From: Coriobacteriia bacterium
GTDB lineage: Bacteria > Actinomycetota > Coriobacteriia > Anaerosomatales > PHET01
Assembly (NCBI GenBank): GCA_034370385.1
Contig: JAXMKZ010000004.1
Coordinates: 1,238-65,237 of the forward strand
Length of the DNA stretch: 64,000 nt
Direction: 5' to 3'
Numbering within the stretch: the stretch's first letter is position 1; each line of letters starts with the position of its first letter. Position numbers and translations under genes: made by a program. The notes below the pieces were generated by a model, which saw nothing but the letters and a program-made list of their open reading frames with translations, was not told the DNA's origin and did not search any database. Shown one piece after another: positions 37,473 through 46,472 of the stretch.

Positions 37473-38942
37473 TCAGTCGTGGCCGGTGGTCGAAACGCCG
37501 ACCTCGGCCGCCGCCTCATCGAGCGAGCACTCACCCTTCCACGCCGGCGGCTCGTAGGCGCAGTACGGCTCGGCTTCGAGGTAGTCGCCGGTGATTTCGA
37601 GTGCGCGTGCGCGGCACCCCCCGCAGACCGCCTTGTACTCGCATGCCCCGCACTTGCCCTTCAGCAGCGAGTAGTCGCGCAGATCGTTGAAGACCTGCGA
37701 CTCGGTCCATATCTCGGAGAACGGCTTGTCCTTGACGTTGCCGAGCTGCATATCGAAGTACCCACACGGCTGAATGTCGCCCACATGACTGACGAAGCAG
37801 AAGGTGATGCCGCCGAGGCAACCCCGCGTCATCGCGTCGAGTCCGTACTCTTCGCGCGTGACCTTCTTGCCTTCGGCCTTGGCGAGCTGACGGATGATGC
37901 GGTAGTAGTGCGGCGCGTCAGTCGGCTTGAAGTGCAGCGGGCTCGTCTTCTGGCGGTGGTAGGCCCACGTGAGTACCTTCTCGTACTCGTCGGGCGGAAG
38001 CTCCTCGGCGAGGATCTCGGATCCGCGCCCCGTGGGCACCAGCATGAAGATGTGGAAGGCATCGACATCGAGTGACTCGGCCAGATCGTGGATCTCCTCG
38101 ATGAGATGGGCGTTGCGCGTGGTGACGGTGGTGTTGATCTGGACGCCAACCCCCGCGGCCTTGGCCATCTTGATGCCCGCGATAGTCTGGTCGAAGCAGC
38201 CCGGCTGCGCGCGGAACTCGTCGTGTCCGTCGGCGGTCGGGAAGTCGATAGACACACTGATGCGCGGGATCTTGTGCTCGGCCATCTTGGCGGCGATGTC
38301 CTCGGTGATGAGGGTCGCGTTGGTCCCGATGACCGGCATGGCGCCCTTCTCGTGGCAGTAGTCCACGATCTCCCAGATGTCGGGGCGCATCAGTGGCTCA
38401 CCACCGGTGAGGATGATGATGGGGTTGCTGATGGTGACGATGTCGTCGACGGTCGCCTTGATCTGATCGAGCGAGAGCTCGCCGTCGTAGTGGCCGAACT
38501 CCGCCGCTGCCCGGCAGTGCACGCAGCTCAGGTTGCAGCTGCGCGTGATCTCCCACGCGATGATGCGCGGGGCCTTGATGCCGGTGCGCTCCTGGTAGGC
38601 GATGGCCGCCGGGCCGCCGCCCGGCCGAAAGCCCACGCTGCGCGCGCCGCCGTGCCGCTGACGCTCGCTGGGGCCCCCGGGGATGCCAGCCGGATGGCCG
38701 CTGGGGCCCCCGGGGATGCCAGCCGGATGGCCGAAGCCGACTCCCGCAGGGTGAGAAGCACCCGAGGACGTTTCCGCAGGGCGCCCCGCCGACGTGCCGA
38801 CCGGAATCGCAACGGCCGCCTGACCGCAGCCAGCCTCAGCCTCAGCCATTTCCTGCTCGCTGATCGTTCCGTCGTCCTCGCCGAACTCCTCTTCGAGCTC
38901 GAGGTCCGGACGTGCAGAGCTGTCGCCGACGTTATTGCTCAC
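37473..38942 (-). CDS. Radical SAM/SPASM enzyme of the AhbC/AhbD/NirJ (tetrapyrrole-modifying) type with a long low-complexity N-terminal extension
   Basis: IIAWEITRSCNLSCVHCRA (CX3CX2C) and a C-terminal SPASM region (GKCGACEYKAVCGGCRARA), within the hem cluster. About 115 N-terminal residues are acidic or Gly/Pro/His-rich. Confidence 0.75.
   Translation of the reverse strand: MSNNVGDSSARPDLELEEEFGEDDGTISEQEMAEAEAGCGQAAVAIPVGTSAGRPAETSSGASHPAGVGFGHPAGIPGGPSGHPAGIPGGPSERQRHGGARSVGFRPGGGPAAIAYQERTGIKAPRIIAWEITRSCNLSCVHCRAAAEFGHYDGELSLDQIKATVDDIVTISNPIIILTGGEPLMRPDIWEIVDYCHEKGAMPVIGTNATLITEDIAAKMAEHKIPRISVSIDFPTADGHDEFRAQPGCFDQTIAGIKMAKAAGVGVQINTTVTTRNAHLIEEIHDLAESLDVDAFHIFMLVPTGRGSEILAEELPPDEYEKVLTWAYHRQKTSPLHFKPTDAPHYYRIIRQLAKAEGKKVTREEYGLDAMTRGCLGGITFCFVSHVGDIQPCGYFDMQLGNVKDKPFSEIWTESQVFNDLRDYSLLKGKCGACEYKAVCGGCRARALEITGDYLEAEPYCAYEPPAWKGECSLDEAAAEVGVSTTGHD
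38668..38733. repeat. Perfect 33-bp tandem duplication inside the rSAM N-terminal extension
   Basis: CTGGGGCCCCCGGGGATGCCAGCCGGATGGCCG occurs at 38668-38700 and again at 38701-38733. It is in frame and encodes two copies of an 11-residue unit, read in the protein as GHPAGIPGGPS GHPAGIPGGPS. Confidence 0.95.
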
Positions 38943-39218
38943 TGGTTCTCCTTGATGACATGTGCGCCGCTAGCACACGAACAGCGTAACTATCCGATTA
39001 TCCCGCATTTCTGCCTGCGAGGTAGTGGCACCAGCGAACGGCGTGCCCTGCGTGCCGTTCACGCGCTTCCACGCGTCGGCGTCCGACTGATATCCGTTCA
39101 GGCTCGCACGGCTTTCGGGTACCATGGAACCGTGCACGGTACGGAAGGGCGTCGGCTGTCGCGCGCACATGGCGCAGGCGTCGCGGGTGCCGCCGAGCAT
39201 CCGATAGAGGGGCACTCC

Positions 39219-40673
39219 ATGTTCTGGCAAATCATACAGTCTTGGCCGTCCATCACGGTCGCCATTCTGGTCATGTACTGGATCGCCGTGACGGTCGTCG
39301 TCATCACCGACGAGCGCGAACCCACCGAGACCCTCGCATGGCTGCTCGTGCTGTTCGCTTTCCCGGGCGTAGGACTGTTGTTCTACTTCCTGTTCGGGCG
39401 CAACTGGAAGAAGATCGCTCAGCGCAGCGCCTGGATGAAGGATATCTTCGCGCTCGCGCGGCCCACGATGGATCGCGTCTGGGGACAGTACTCTGCGACC
39501 GAGAATGCCCTACTCGAATGGGCCGAGCCACGCGGCTACGCACCCATCATCAAGACTGCGCTCGCCGCTGACACCACGCACGTCATGCCCGCGTACGACG
39601 TGACGATCCTGAAGGACGGCAAGGCGCTCTACGACACGCTGAAAACGGACCTCCGCAACGCCAAGGACACCATCAACTTCCAGGTCTTCATCTGGGAGCG
39701 CGACAAGCTGACCGCCGAACTCACGGCGATCCTGAGCGAGCGCGCCCAGGCCGGCGTCGAGGTCCGGCTGCTCACCGACTACGTCGGCTGCATGGCCTAC
39801 AAGAAAGATGAGATCAAGCAGATGCAGGCGGCGGGCGTGAAGTTCCACGCCGACCTACCTGACTGGCGCAAGATCAACTACATGGACCACCGTAAGATCA
39901 TCGTCATCGATAGCGTGATCGGCTACGTGGGCGGGCTGAATGTCGGCCAGGAGTACATCGACGGTCAGCCGCATTACCAGTCATGGCGTGACACCCACAG
40001 CAAGTTCCACGGACCTGCCGTGGCAGATCTCCAGAAGCTCTTCGCGGCCCGCTGGCACGAGAACTCCAAAGAGAGCCTGTTCAACGAGCGCTTCTTCCCC
40101 AAGGAGTACCCAAGCGACGGAGTCATGGTGCCCGCGATCACCGTGGCTCAGGCCGTCGAGCTGCTGTGGGATCCGGCCCGCCGCGTCCACGAGGCGGCGA
40201 TGGCCGCAGCGCGTGAACGCATCTGGATCCAGTCGCCGTACTTCATTCCGACCCCCGACATCTACGAGATCATGGTCAACCAAGCGCTGGCAGGCAAGGA
40301 TGTGCGCCTGATGATCACCGGCGTGCCCGACAAGAACCTGCCCTGGCGCGCAGCTCACTCGTTCTTCCACAAGTTCTTGCTCGCTGGCGGCAAGATCTAC
40401 ATGTACGAGCCGGGCTTCTTCCACGGCAAGACGATCACCATCGATGGCGAGATGTGCGCCATCGGCACCATGAACATGGACATCCGCAGTCTCGCCCTGC
40501 ACAAAGAAGTCATGACGTGGTACTTCAGCAAAGACATAGCTACTCAGCACGACGCCATCTTCGAGGAAGACATGAGCAAGTCCTCGCAGGTCACGCTTGA
40601 AACAGTCGCGAACTGGCCTGCGTCGTTCAAGTTGCGCAACTCCGTCTCGAGGCTGATGTCGAACCTGATGTAA
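39219..40673 (+). CDS. cls: Cardiolipin synthase (PLD superfamily, two HKD motifs)
   Basis: ATG 39219 lies in frame inside a longer artefactual ORF. N-terminal TM pair and EREPTETLAWLLVLFAFPGVGLLFYFLFG. HRKIIVID and a second HGKTITID motif. Confidence 0.9.
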   Translation: MFWQIIQSWPSITVAILVMYWIAVTVVVITDEREPTETLAWLLVLFAFPGVGLLFYFLFGRNWKKIAQRSAWMKDIFALARPTMDRVWGQYSATENALLEWAEPRGYAPIIKTALAADTTHVMPAYDVTILKDGKALYDTLKTDLRNAKDTINFQVFIWERDKLTAELTAILSERAQAGVEVRLLTDYVGCMAYKKDEIKQMQAAGVKFHADLPDWRKINYMDHRKIIVIDSVIGYVGGLNVGQEYIDGQPHYQSWRDTHSKFHGPAVADLQKLFAARWHENSKESLFNERFFPKEYPSDGVMVPAITVAQAVELLWDPARRVHEAAMAAARERIWIQSPYFIPTPDIYEIMVNQALAGKDVRLMITGVPDKNLPWRAAHSFFHKFLLAGGKIYMYEPGFFHGKTITIDGEMCAIGTMNMDIRSLALHKEVMTWYFSKDIATQHDAIFEEDMSKSSQVTLETVANWPASFKLRNSVSRLMSNLM

Positions 40674-40700
40674 TCGTCGCAGACTCGTCTCGCAGCTCCC

Positions 40701-40733
40701 CACGAGGGTGCGGTCACTGATCGCACCCTCGTG
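40701..40733. terminator. 12-bp-stem hairpin between convergent cls and XRE genes
   Basis: CACGAGGGTGCG (40701-12), 9-nt loop, CGCACCCTCGTG (40722-33). There is no strong T tract, and it overlaps the last codons of the XRE ORF. Confidence 0.4.
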
Positions 40734-41307
40734 CAGTTCTGAACGGCGACTCGGTTTCTGAAGCCTGCTTGGCCACCCGAACAAGGGCGCCGCGGGCCGC
40801 AGCCCTCACGTCTTGGTGTATGTGCTCGAAGGCGGCGACCTGCAGTAGCCGGACCATATCCGAGACGTCGCCGAAGATGTCTTGCACGACACTATCTGCA
40901 CGCGAGCCCCCTGACCGCAGAAGCCCCATCGCTGCGGGTCGCTTCAGGCCCTGGAAGTGATCCGCCACCTGTACCCAATGGGTGCTCCGGGGCAGAGGGG
41001 CAAGAAGCCAAGGCTGCATGACCCGTTGATCCGTCGCGCCGTCGATCAGCTCGCGCTTCGGTAGACCGAGACACACACTGAGCGCGTCGGCCTTCTGGAT
41101 CGTGAGAGAGCGCTCCCCCCTCTCGATGCGCGAGATGAGCGACTTGCTGCACCCCGCGGACTTGGCGAGGTCCTCCTGAGTCATGTCCATGGTCGTTCTG
41201 GTAGAGCGGATGAGCAGCGCGACTTCTCTGAGCTTTCGTGCGTTGATGTAGGCCGTAGGCACGGGCGGGTACCCCCTCAATCGACAGAATCCACGTCTCG
41301 TCAACAA
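40714..41307 (-). CDS. XRE-family HTH transcriptional regulator with uncharacterised C-terminal domain
   Basis: MTQEDLAKSAGCSKSLISRIERGERSLTIQKADALSVCLG is a classic HTH_3 pattern. The TTG start at 41307 is uncertain. Confidence 0.7.
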   Translation of the reverse strand: MLTRRGFCRLRGYPPVPTAYINARKLREVALLIRSTRTTMDMTQEDLAKSAGCSKSLISRIERGERSLTIQKADALSVCLGLPKRELIDGATDQRVMQPWLLAPLPRSTHWVQVADHFQGLKRPAAMGLLRSGGSRADSVVQDIFGDVSDMVRLLQVAAFEHIHQDVRAAARGALVRVAKQASETESPFRTARGCDQ

Positions 41308-41444
41308 GGTGACAAGGGGTGGATACTGCCGTCTTACCCCCGCCTTACCTGGGCCGGGCTGGAGTAGGCAGCGCGTGGGCGACCGTGCGCCGTGGGGCGT
41401 CCTGCGGGGCTCCGGGTGACCAGACAGTCAGAATCCGATCCGGA

Positions 41445-42425
41445 CTACGCGTTGCGCAGCCACCTCGCGGCGTCCTTGGCGTGGTAGGTCAAGATGAGAT
41501 CCGCACCGGCACGCTTGAATCCGAGCAACGTCTCGAGCACGACGCGCTCTTCGTCGATCCAACCGTTCGCCGCGGCCGCCTTCACCATCGCGTACTCGCC
41601 GCTCACGTTGTAGGCGGCCGTCGGATAGCCGTACTCATTCTTCACGCGCCAGATCATGTCCATGTAGGCCAACGCTGGCTTCACCATGACGAGATCGGCC
41701 CCTTCGTCGATATCGAGCGCCGCCTCTCGCAGGCCCTCTTCGGCGTTCGCCGGATCCATCTGGTACTGCTTGCGGTCGCCGAACGTCGGAGCCGAGTCCG
41801 CCGCATCTCTGAAGGGGCCATAGTAGCCGCTCGCGTACTTCACCGAGTACGCCATGATCGGCGTGTCCTGGTAGCCCTCGGCGTCAAGCGCCGCACGGAT
41901 GGCCGCGACGCGCCCGTCCATCATGTCGCTCGGTGCGACCATGTCGGCGCCGGCCTCGACGTGGCTGACAGCCTCCTTGGCCAGCAGCTCGAGCGTCACG
42001 TCGTTGATGACGCACCCCGCATCATCGAGAATTCCGCAGTGCCCATGGTCGGTGTACTCGCACATGCACACGTCAGTGATCACGTAGAACTCCGGGTCGT
42101 GGGCCTTGATCGCCCGAATGGCCCGCTGGACGATCCCGTCCGAGTCGTAAGCCTCGGAGCCCGCGGCATCCTTGCTGCTCGGAAGTCCGAAGAGGATAAC
42201 GGCAGGCACGCCCAGTGCATTGAGCTCGTCGATCTCAGCCGCCAGCATGTCGACGGACAGTTGGTGCTGTCCGGGCATCGACTTGATCTCGTCCTTCTTG
42301 CCGGTACCCGGCTTGACGAACAGCGGATAAATGAGGTCTGCGGGCGACACCGAAGTCTCGCGCACCATGGCGCGAATGGTCTCGTTCGCACGCAGTCGGC
42401 GGGGACGATAGGTAGGGAACTGCAT
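41445..42425 (-). CDS. hemB: Porphobilinogen synthase (delta-aminolevulinate dehydratase)
   Basis: RPRRLR...IYPLFV...[14 protein letters not shown]...[11 protein letters not shown]...MVKPAL.YMD. Confidence 0.95.
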   Translation of the reverse strand: MQFPTYRPRRLRANETIRAMVRETSVSPADLIYPLFVKPGTGKKDEIKSMPGQHQLSVDMLAAEIDELNALGVPAVILFGLPSSKDAAGSEAYDSDGIVQRAIRAIKAHDPEFYVITDVCMCEYTDHGHCGILDDAGCVINDVTLELLAKEAVSHVEAGADMVAPSDMMDGRVAAIRAALDAEGYQDTPIMAYSVKYASGYYGPFRDAADSAPTFGDRKQYQMDPANAEEGLREAALDIDEGADLVMVKPALAYMDMIWRVKNEYGYPTAAYNVSGEYAMVKAAAANGWIDEERVVLETLLGFKRAGADLILTYHAKDAARWLRNA

Positions 42426-42503
42426 GGCGACACTCCTTGTACGAAAGCGTCTGACCGGTCAACGACGGTCACACCGGGTCCGGTGCGCCGCTCGCAGCAG
42501 CTG

Positions 42504-42758
42504 CTACTCGACGAACTCCTCGACGCTGACCTTCTGCTTCGAGTCGGACTCCACGTCCTCGCCGGTCCGCAGCTTGCCGCTGCGGCCCACACCCAGCGTG
42601 AAGTTGACCCAGCGCTTGTACTGCCAAACAGCGTAGGCCAGCAGCACGATCATGGCGAACCAGTAGAAGATCTGAGCGATGAAGGCGACGACCTGGCCGT
42701 TGGCCATGATCCAACCGACGAGGCCGGTGGGCTGCTCTGCAATCATTGTGGGGTCCAT
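42504..42758 (-). CDS. Small hypothetical membrane protein (2 TM)
   Basis: MDPTMIAEQPTGLVGWIMANGQVVAFIAQIFYWFAMIVLLAYAVWQYKRW... Start at ATG 42758. Confidence 0.5.
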   Translation of the reverse strand: MDPTMIAEQPTGLVGWIMANGQVVAFIAQIFYWFAMIVLLAYAVWQYKRWVNFTLGVGRSGKLRTGEDVESDSKQKVSVEEFVE

Positions 42759-42847
42759 ACGGATGTCCTTTCGTTTCGGCGTATTCGGCGTATATACAGT
42801 CGAGGCGGCGCGTGACTTGCGCACGGCCGCCCCGACATTCTACCCGT

Positions 42848-42923
42848 TGGTGGAGACGAGGAGATTCGAACTCCCGACCTCTGCGTTGCGAACGCAGCGC
42901 TCTCCCAACTGAGCCACGTCCCC
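42848..42923 (-). tRNA. tRNA-Ala (anticodon CGC)
   Basis: 76-nt cloverleaf: GGGGACG acceptor with a G3:U70 pair, GCTCAGTTGGGAGAGC D-arm, CTGCG-TTCGCAA-CGCAG anticodon arm, GGGAGTTCGAATCTCC T-arm and an encoded CCA. Confidence 0.95.
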
Positions 42924-43064
42924 ACGGATACGCTCGCGAACAAAACTCGCCCGCAGAGCGAGGGATATGATGACAAGCGCGGCGACGAGTGTCAAACCGA
43001 ACGGGGTGCCTCGGTGGACCGGGAACGAAGGGTGGACGATTCACGCCGGGTCAGCCCTTGTCAG

Positions 43065-43883
43065 CTAGCGGGCCAGCCGAGCGGCGAGCGCATCAACGAG
43101 TGCCGGAACCGTGGACGGGTCCGCCTCGACGTCGGCAACCAGGCCCGCCTCAACGAGCGCCTCCGAGGTCACGGGCCCGATGCTGGCGAGCACCGTGTGA
43201 CCGAGCGTCGCGTCCACAACGAGCCCGGCCGCCTCGAGCACGGCGAGGAAGTTGCGTACCGTGGACGGGCTGGTGAACGTCACCGCGTCCACGCCCTGCC
43301 TCAGCCGCTCGACCACCTTCGGGTCAGGTTCAGCTGCAACCGTCTGATACACCGGAACGACATCCACCACCGCGCCCAATCCGCGCAGCGTCTGCGGGAG
43401 GACCTCGCGGGCCTTGAGCGCGCGCGGCACAAGGATCCGCCAGCCCGGCCCTACGCCTCGCGCCACGAACTCGTCGATGAGGCCCTCTGCGCTGAACTCC
43501 TCAGGTGGCAGAAGCCCGACCGTGACACCAGCGTCCTCGAGCGCCTGGGCGGTCGCATCGCCCACAGCTGCTACCTGCGTCGCTGCCAACGCGTCTAACG
43601 AGCATCCACACGCCCCCATGAGGGCGAGGAGTCTCTCGACAGCGTTGACGGACGTCAGGACGACCCAGTCATACTCGCCAAGGTGCGCGATGGCTTCGTC
43701 GGCAGGCCCCGTGTCAGGCGGGTCGACGATGGCGATGACGGGGCACACGATCACTTCGGCACCGAGCGCCTCGAGGGGCGCGGCAAGTGAACGTGACTGC
43801 TCGCGCGTGCGGGTCACGACGACAGAGCGCCCGGCGAGGGGCTCTTTGGCCTGCGCGGTATGGGTGGCGGAGTGAGCCGTCAC
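43065..43883 (-). CDS. hemD: Uroporphyrinogen-III synthase
   Basis: 272 aa. GRSVVVTRTREQSRSLAAPLEALGAEVIVCPVI, a two-lobed HEM4 pattern, positioned after hemC. Not fused to a methyltransferase. Confidence 0.85.
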   Translation of the reverse strand: MTAHSATHTAQAKEPLAGRSVVVTRTREQSRSLAAPLEALGAEVIVCPVIAIVDPPDTGPADEAIAHLGEYDWVVLTSVNAVERLLALMGACGCSLDALAATQVAAVGDATAQALEDAGVTVGLLPPEEFSAEGLIDEFVARGVGPGWRILVPRALKAREVLPQTLRGLGAVVDVVPVYQTVAAEPDPKVVERLRQGVDAVTFTSPSTVRNFLAVLEAAGLVVDATLGHTVLASIGPVTSEALVEAGLVADVEADPSTVPALVDALAARLAR

Positions 43884-43907
43884 GTGATTCGACCCCCTCG
43901 CTCTTCG

Positions 43908-44867
43908 TCAGGTCTTGAGCAGGTCGTCCACGCCGTCGGCGGCACGGATCTCAGCGAGGATCTCCCCGCCCCCAAGCTCAAGCAGGCGAGCCACCATCGC
44001 ATCTCCCAGCCCCTCGGGATCTGAGGGGTCACCCTGCAGACGGTCGCGCACGATCCGGTCGCCCTCGACAGAACCGACGAGGCCGTCCATGACAAGCACG
44101 CCGTCTTCGATGCGGGCATACGCGCCGATGGGTACCTGACAGCCGCCTTCGAGCTTCTTCATGACCACTCGCTCGGAGGTCACGCATGTGAACGTCTCGG
44201 GATCTGAGATCTTGTCGCACACCTCGATCATGAACTCGTCGTCGGAGCGAATCTCGATGCCGATGGCACCCTGACCTACCGCCGACACCATCTGCTCGGT
44301 CGGAATGTAGTTTGAGATGCGGTCGGCCCAACCCATCCGAGTGATACCCGCCGACGCAAGGATGACCACGTCGACCTCACCGTCCTCGGCTTTGCGCATG
44401 CGGGTGTCGAGGTTGCCTCGCACGTCCACGATCTGAACGTCGGGCCGAAGGCCGCGCACCTGAGCGACGCGGCGCAGCGAGCTCGTGCCGACCTTCGCGC
44501 CTTGAGGGAGCGTCTCCAAGGTGTAGCCCTTGCCCGAGACAAGCGCATCGCGTGGATCCACGCGCTTCGGGGTAGCGGCGATGTGCATGCCCGGCGGCAG
44601 CTCGGTGGGGACGTCCTTCATCGAGTGGACGCACAGGTCGACCGTGCCGGCCGCCAGTTCGACCTCGAGCTCCTTGGTGAACAGCCCCTTGCCGCCGACC
44701 TTGGCCAGCGGCACGTCAAGGATCTTGTCGCCGGTGGTCTTGATGATCATGAGCTCCACCGTAAGCCCGGTGATCTCCTCGAGTAGCCCCTTGATGTAGT
44801 TCGACTGCCACAGGGCCAGTTTGCTTCCCCGGGTACCGATCACGAGCTTGTGGCGGCTAGCAGCCAA
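43908..44867 (-). CDS. hemC: Hydroxymethylbilane synthase (porphobilinogen deaminase)
   Basis: LVIGTRGSKLALWQS...GGKGLFTKELE...HSMKDVP...RGNLDTR...GGCQVPIGAYA. Confidence 0.95.
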   Translation of the reverse strand: MAASRHKLVIGTRGSKLALWQSNYIKGLLEEITGLTVELMIIKTTGDKILDVPLAKVGGKGLFTKELEVELAAGTVDLCVHSMKDVPTELPPGMHIAATPKRVDPRDALVSGKGYTLETLPQGAKVGTSSLRRVAQVRGLRPDVQIVDVRGNLDTRMRKAEDGEVDVVILASAGITRMGWADRISNYIPTEQMVSAVGQGAIGIEIRSDDEFMIEVCDKISDPETFTCVTSERVVMKKLEGGCQVPIGAYARIEDGVLVMDGLVGSVEGDRIVRDRLQGDPSDPEGLGDAMVARLLELGGGEILAEIRAADGVDDLLKT

Positions 44868-46230
44868 CGGAGTCTCCCATCTCTTTTTGCTTTGAGGGAG
44901 CGGCGGACTTCTCGCCCCGCTTCAGTAGGTTGCGAATCAGTCCGAAGTGCGGACTCTTGCCGTCTGGATTCGTGTCCAGGCCGTAGAGGTAGCGTGCGGC
45001 TTCGATGTAGCCGATTCCGTACTTGTCGGTGCTGACCCGCTTCAGCCGCTCGGTGGGCCCGTGGAGCATCTTGCTCACGATGGCTTGCGACATCATCTCG
45101 ACGGTCCTGAGTTCCTTCTCCGACAGACCACCAAGGCGCTTCACGGCCTTCTCGAGCTCCTCGGCCCGAATCGTCTCGGCCTTGGCGCGGATTGCGGCGA
45201 CGGTGGGGACGACCGCCATGGAATCAAGCCACGTCTCAAACGCGCGCATCTCCTCGTCGATGATGATCTCGGCCCGCTCCGCCTCGCGCATGCGCTCGTC
45301 GAGGTTGGACGACACGACACCGTTGAGGTCGTCGATGTTGTAGAGAAAGACGTCGGACACGTCGCCGCACGCCGGATCGATATCGCGCGGCAGGGCGATG
45401 TCGATCAGAAAGAGCGGGTCGCGCCGACGGTGTGCGACGGCGACCAGCTGCTCACGCGTGATGACGAACTCGGTCGCTGCGGTCGAGGAGATGACGATGT
45501 CGGCCTCGCGCATGCGATCGAAGAGATTCTCGTAGGGAATCGCCTCGCCGTCGAATCGGTCGGCAAGCTCCACCGCGCGCTCGTAGGTGCGGTTAGCCAC
45601 GAGGGTGCGCGTCACGCCGGCGCCGACGAGGTTCTTGGCCGTAAGCTCGCTCATCTTGCCCGCGCCCAAGATCATGACGCAGCGGCCCTGGAGGTTCTCG
45701 AATACCCGCTTGGCCAGCTCAACGGCAGCGTAGCTGATCGAGACGGCGTTCTCGCCGATGTCGGTCTCGGTGCGCACGCGCTTGCCGACCTCGAAGCTCT
45801 GACGGAACAGCTTGTTGAAGATGCGGCCCGTAGACGCGGCTGAGAACGCGTGGTCGTAGGCCTCTTTCACCTGACCGAGGATCTGCGCCTCGCCAAGCAC
45901 CATGGAATCGAGCGAGGCGACGACGCGGAAGAGGTGCTTCACGACCGCCTCGCCCTCTGAGATGTAGAGGTAGCGAACCAGCTCGTGGCGGTCGAGATCG
46001 TGGTACTCCGCGGCGAAGTCGATGATGGAAGCGGGGCCATCGAAGCCGTCAGACGTGACCGCATATATCTCGGTGCGGTTGCAGGTGGAGATGATGACGG
46101 CCTCGGACACGGCGTCGGACGCGGTCAAGCGCGCGAGCGCGTCCTCCTGGCGATTGGCCGGGAACGTCAGCTTCTCGCGGATCTCGACCGGTGCGGTCTT
46201 GTGGCTCAGGCCCACAAGTGTCAGGTGCAT
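44857..46230 (-). CDS. hemA: Glutamyl-tRNA reductase
   Basis: MHLTLVGLSHKTAPVEIREKL...STCNRTEIY...ILGAGKMSE. ATG 46230 is chosen over the longest ORF (46338). Confidence 0.95.
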   Translation of the reverse strand: MHLTLVGLSHKTAPVEIREKLTFPANRQEDALARLTASDAVSEAVIISTCNRTEIYAVTSDGFDGPASIIDFAAEYHDLDRHELVRYLYISEGEAVVKHLFRVVASLDSMVLGEAQILGQVKEAYDHAFSAASTGRIFNKLFRQSFEVGKRVRTETDIGENAVSISYAAVELAKRVFENLQGRCVMILGAGKMSELTAKNLVGAGVTRTLVANRTYERAVELADRFDGEAIPYENLFDRMREADIVISSTAATEFVITREQLVAVAHRRRDPLFLIDIALPRDIDPACGDVSDVFLYNIDDLNGVVSSNLDERMREAERAEIIIDEEMRAFETWLDSMAVVPTVAAIRAKAETIRAEELEKAVKRLGGLSEKELRTVEMMSQAIVSKMLHGPTERLKRVSTDKYGIGYIEAARYLYGLDTNPDGKSPHFGLIRNLLKRGEKSAAPSKQKEMGDSVGC

Positions 46231-46410
46231 GCGGTCTTCACTCGCTCCTACGGTCCGATTCGGTTGTCTACGTCGGTCGGCATCCGACGTCAGGACACAG
46301 GTACGCCCTCGCCGATGCGGTGCGTGTTGTTCAGGCAAGCAGGCCCGGCGAGGGCGGTATACGTGTTCAACTATTGGAACGCACCACTGCTTCTCGCCTG
46401 AACATCACGA

Positions 46411-46419
46411 ATTCTACCA
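46411..46419 (-). promoter_or_regulatory. Extended -10 promoter candidate (TGGTAGAAT) for hemA, with a structured leader of about 180 nt
   Basis: The minus strand reads gaTGGTAGAATtc. The leader contains an 11-bp inverted repeat, CGCCCTCGCCG...CGGCGAGGGCG. Confidence 0.3.
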
Positions 46420-46472
46420 TCGGCACGAGTACACTGCCACCTGAGCAAGCGCCGTTCCGATGCGCGCAGAAC

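Noticed and set aside
38668-38733. Possible CRISPR or other repeat array (33-bp repeats); also the GGCTCS tract at 48731-48840 and the GGCYGACC array at 33640-33694
   Set aside because: The repeats are directly adjacent with no spacers. Two of the three are in-frame coding repeats and all are far too short. No cas genes are present.
38088-39218. N-terminal 377 codons of the 861-aa plus-strand ORF 38088..40673
   Set aside because: This part is antisense to the radical SAM gene and Arg/Ala/Gly-rich with no motifs. The cardiolipin synthase signature begins at the in-frame ATG 39219. It is a typical GC-rich shadow ORF.
38943-39218. Possible riboswitch or ncRNA in the 276-nt rSAM/cls divergent intergenic region (hairpin GAACGGC...GCCGTTC, palindrome CCGTGCACGG)
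   Set aside because: The structures are short and I recognise no conserved riboswitch core. This is more likely divergent promoter/operator DNA. It cannot be supported without covariance-model searches.
41319-42815. 498-aa plus-strand ORF antisense to hemB
   Set aside because: hemB on the minus strand has unambiguous motifs. The antisense frame is low-complexity (R/V/H/G-rich).
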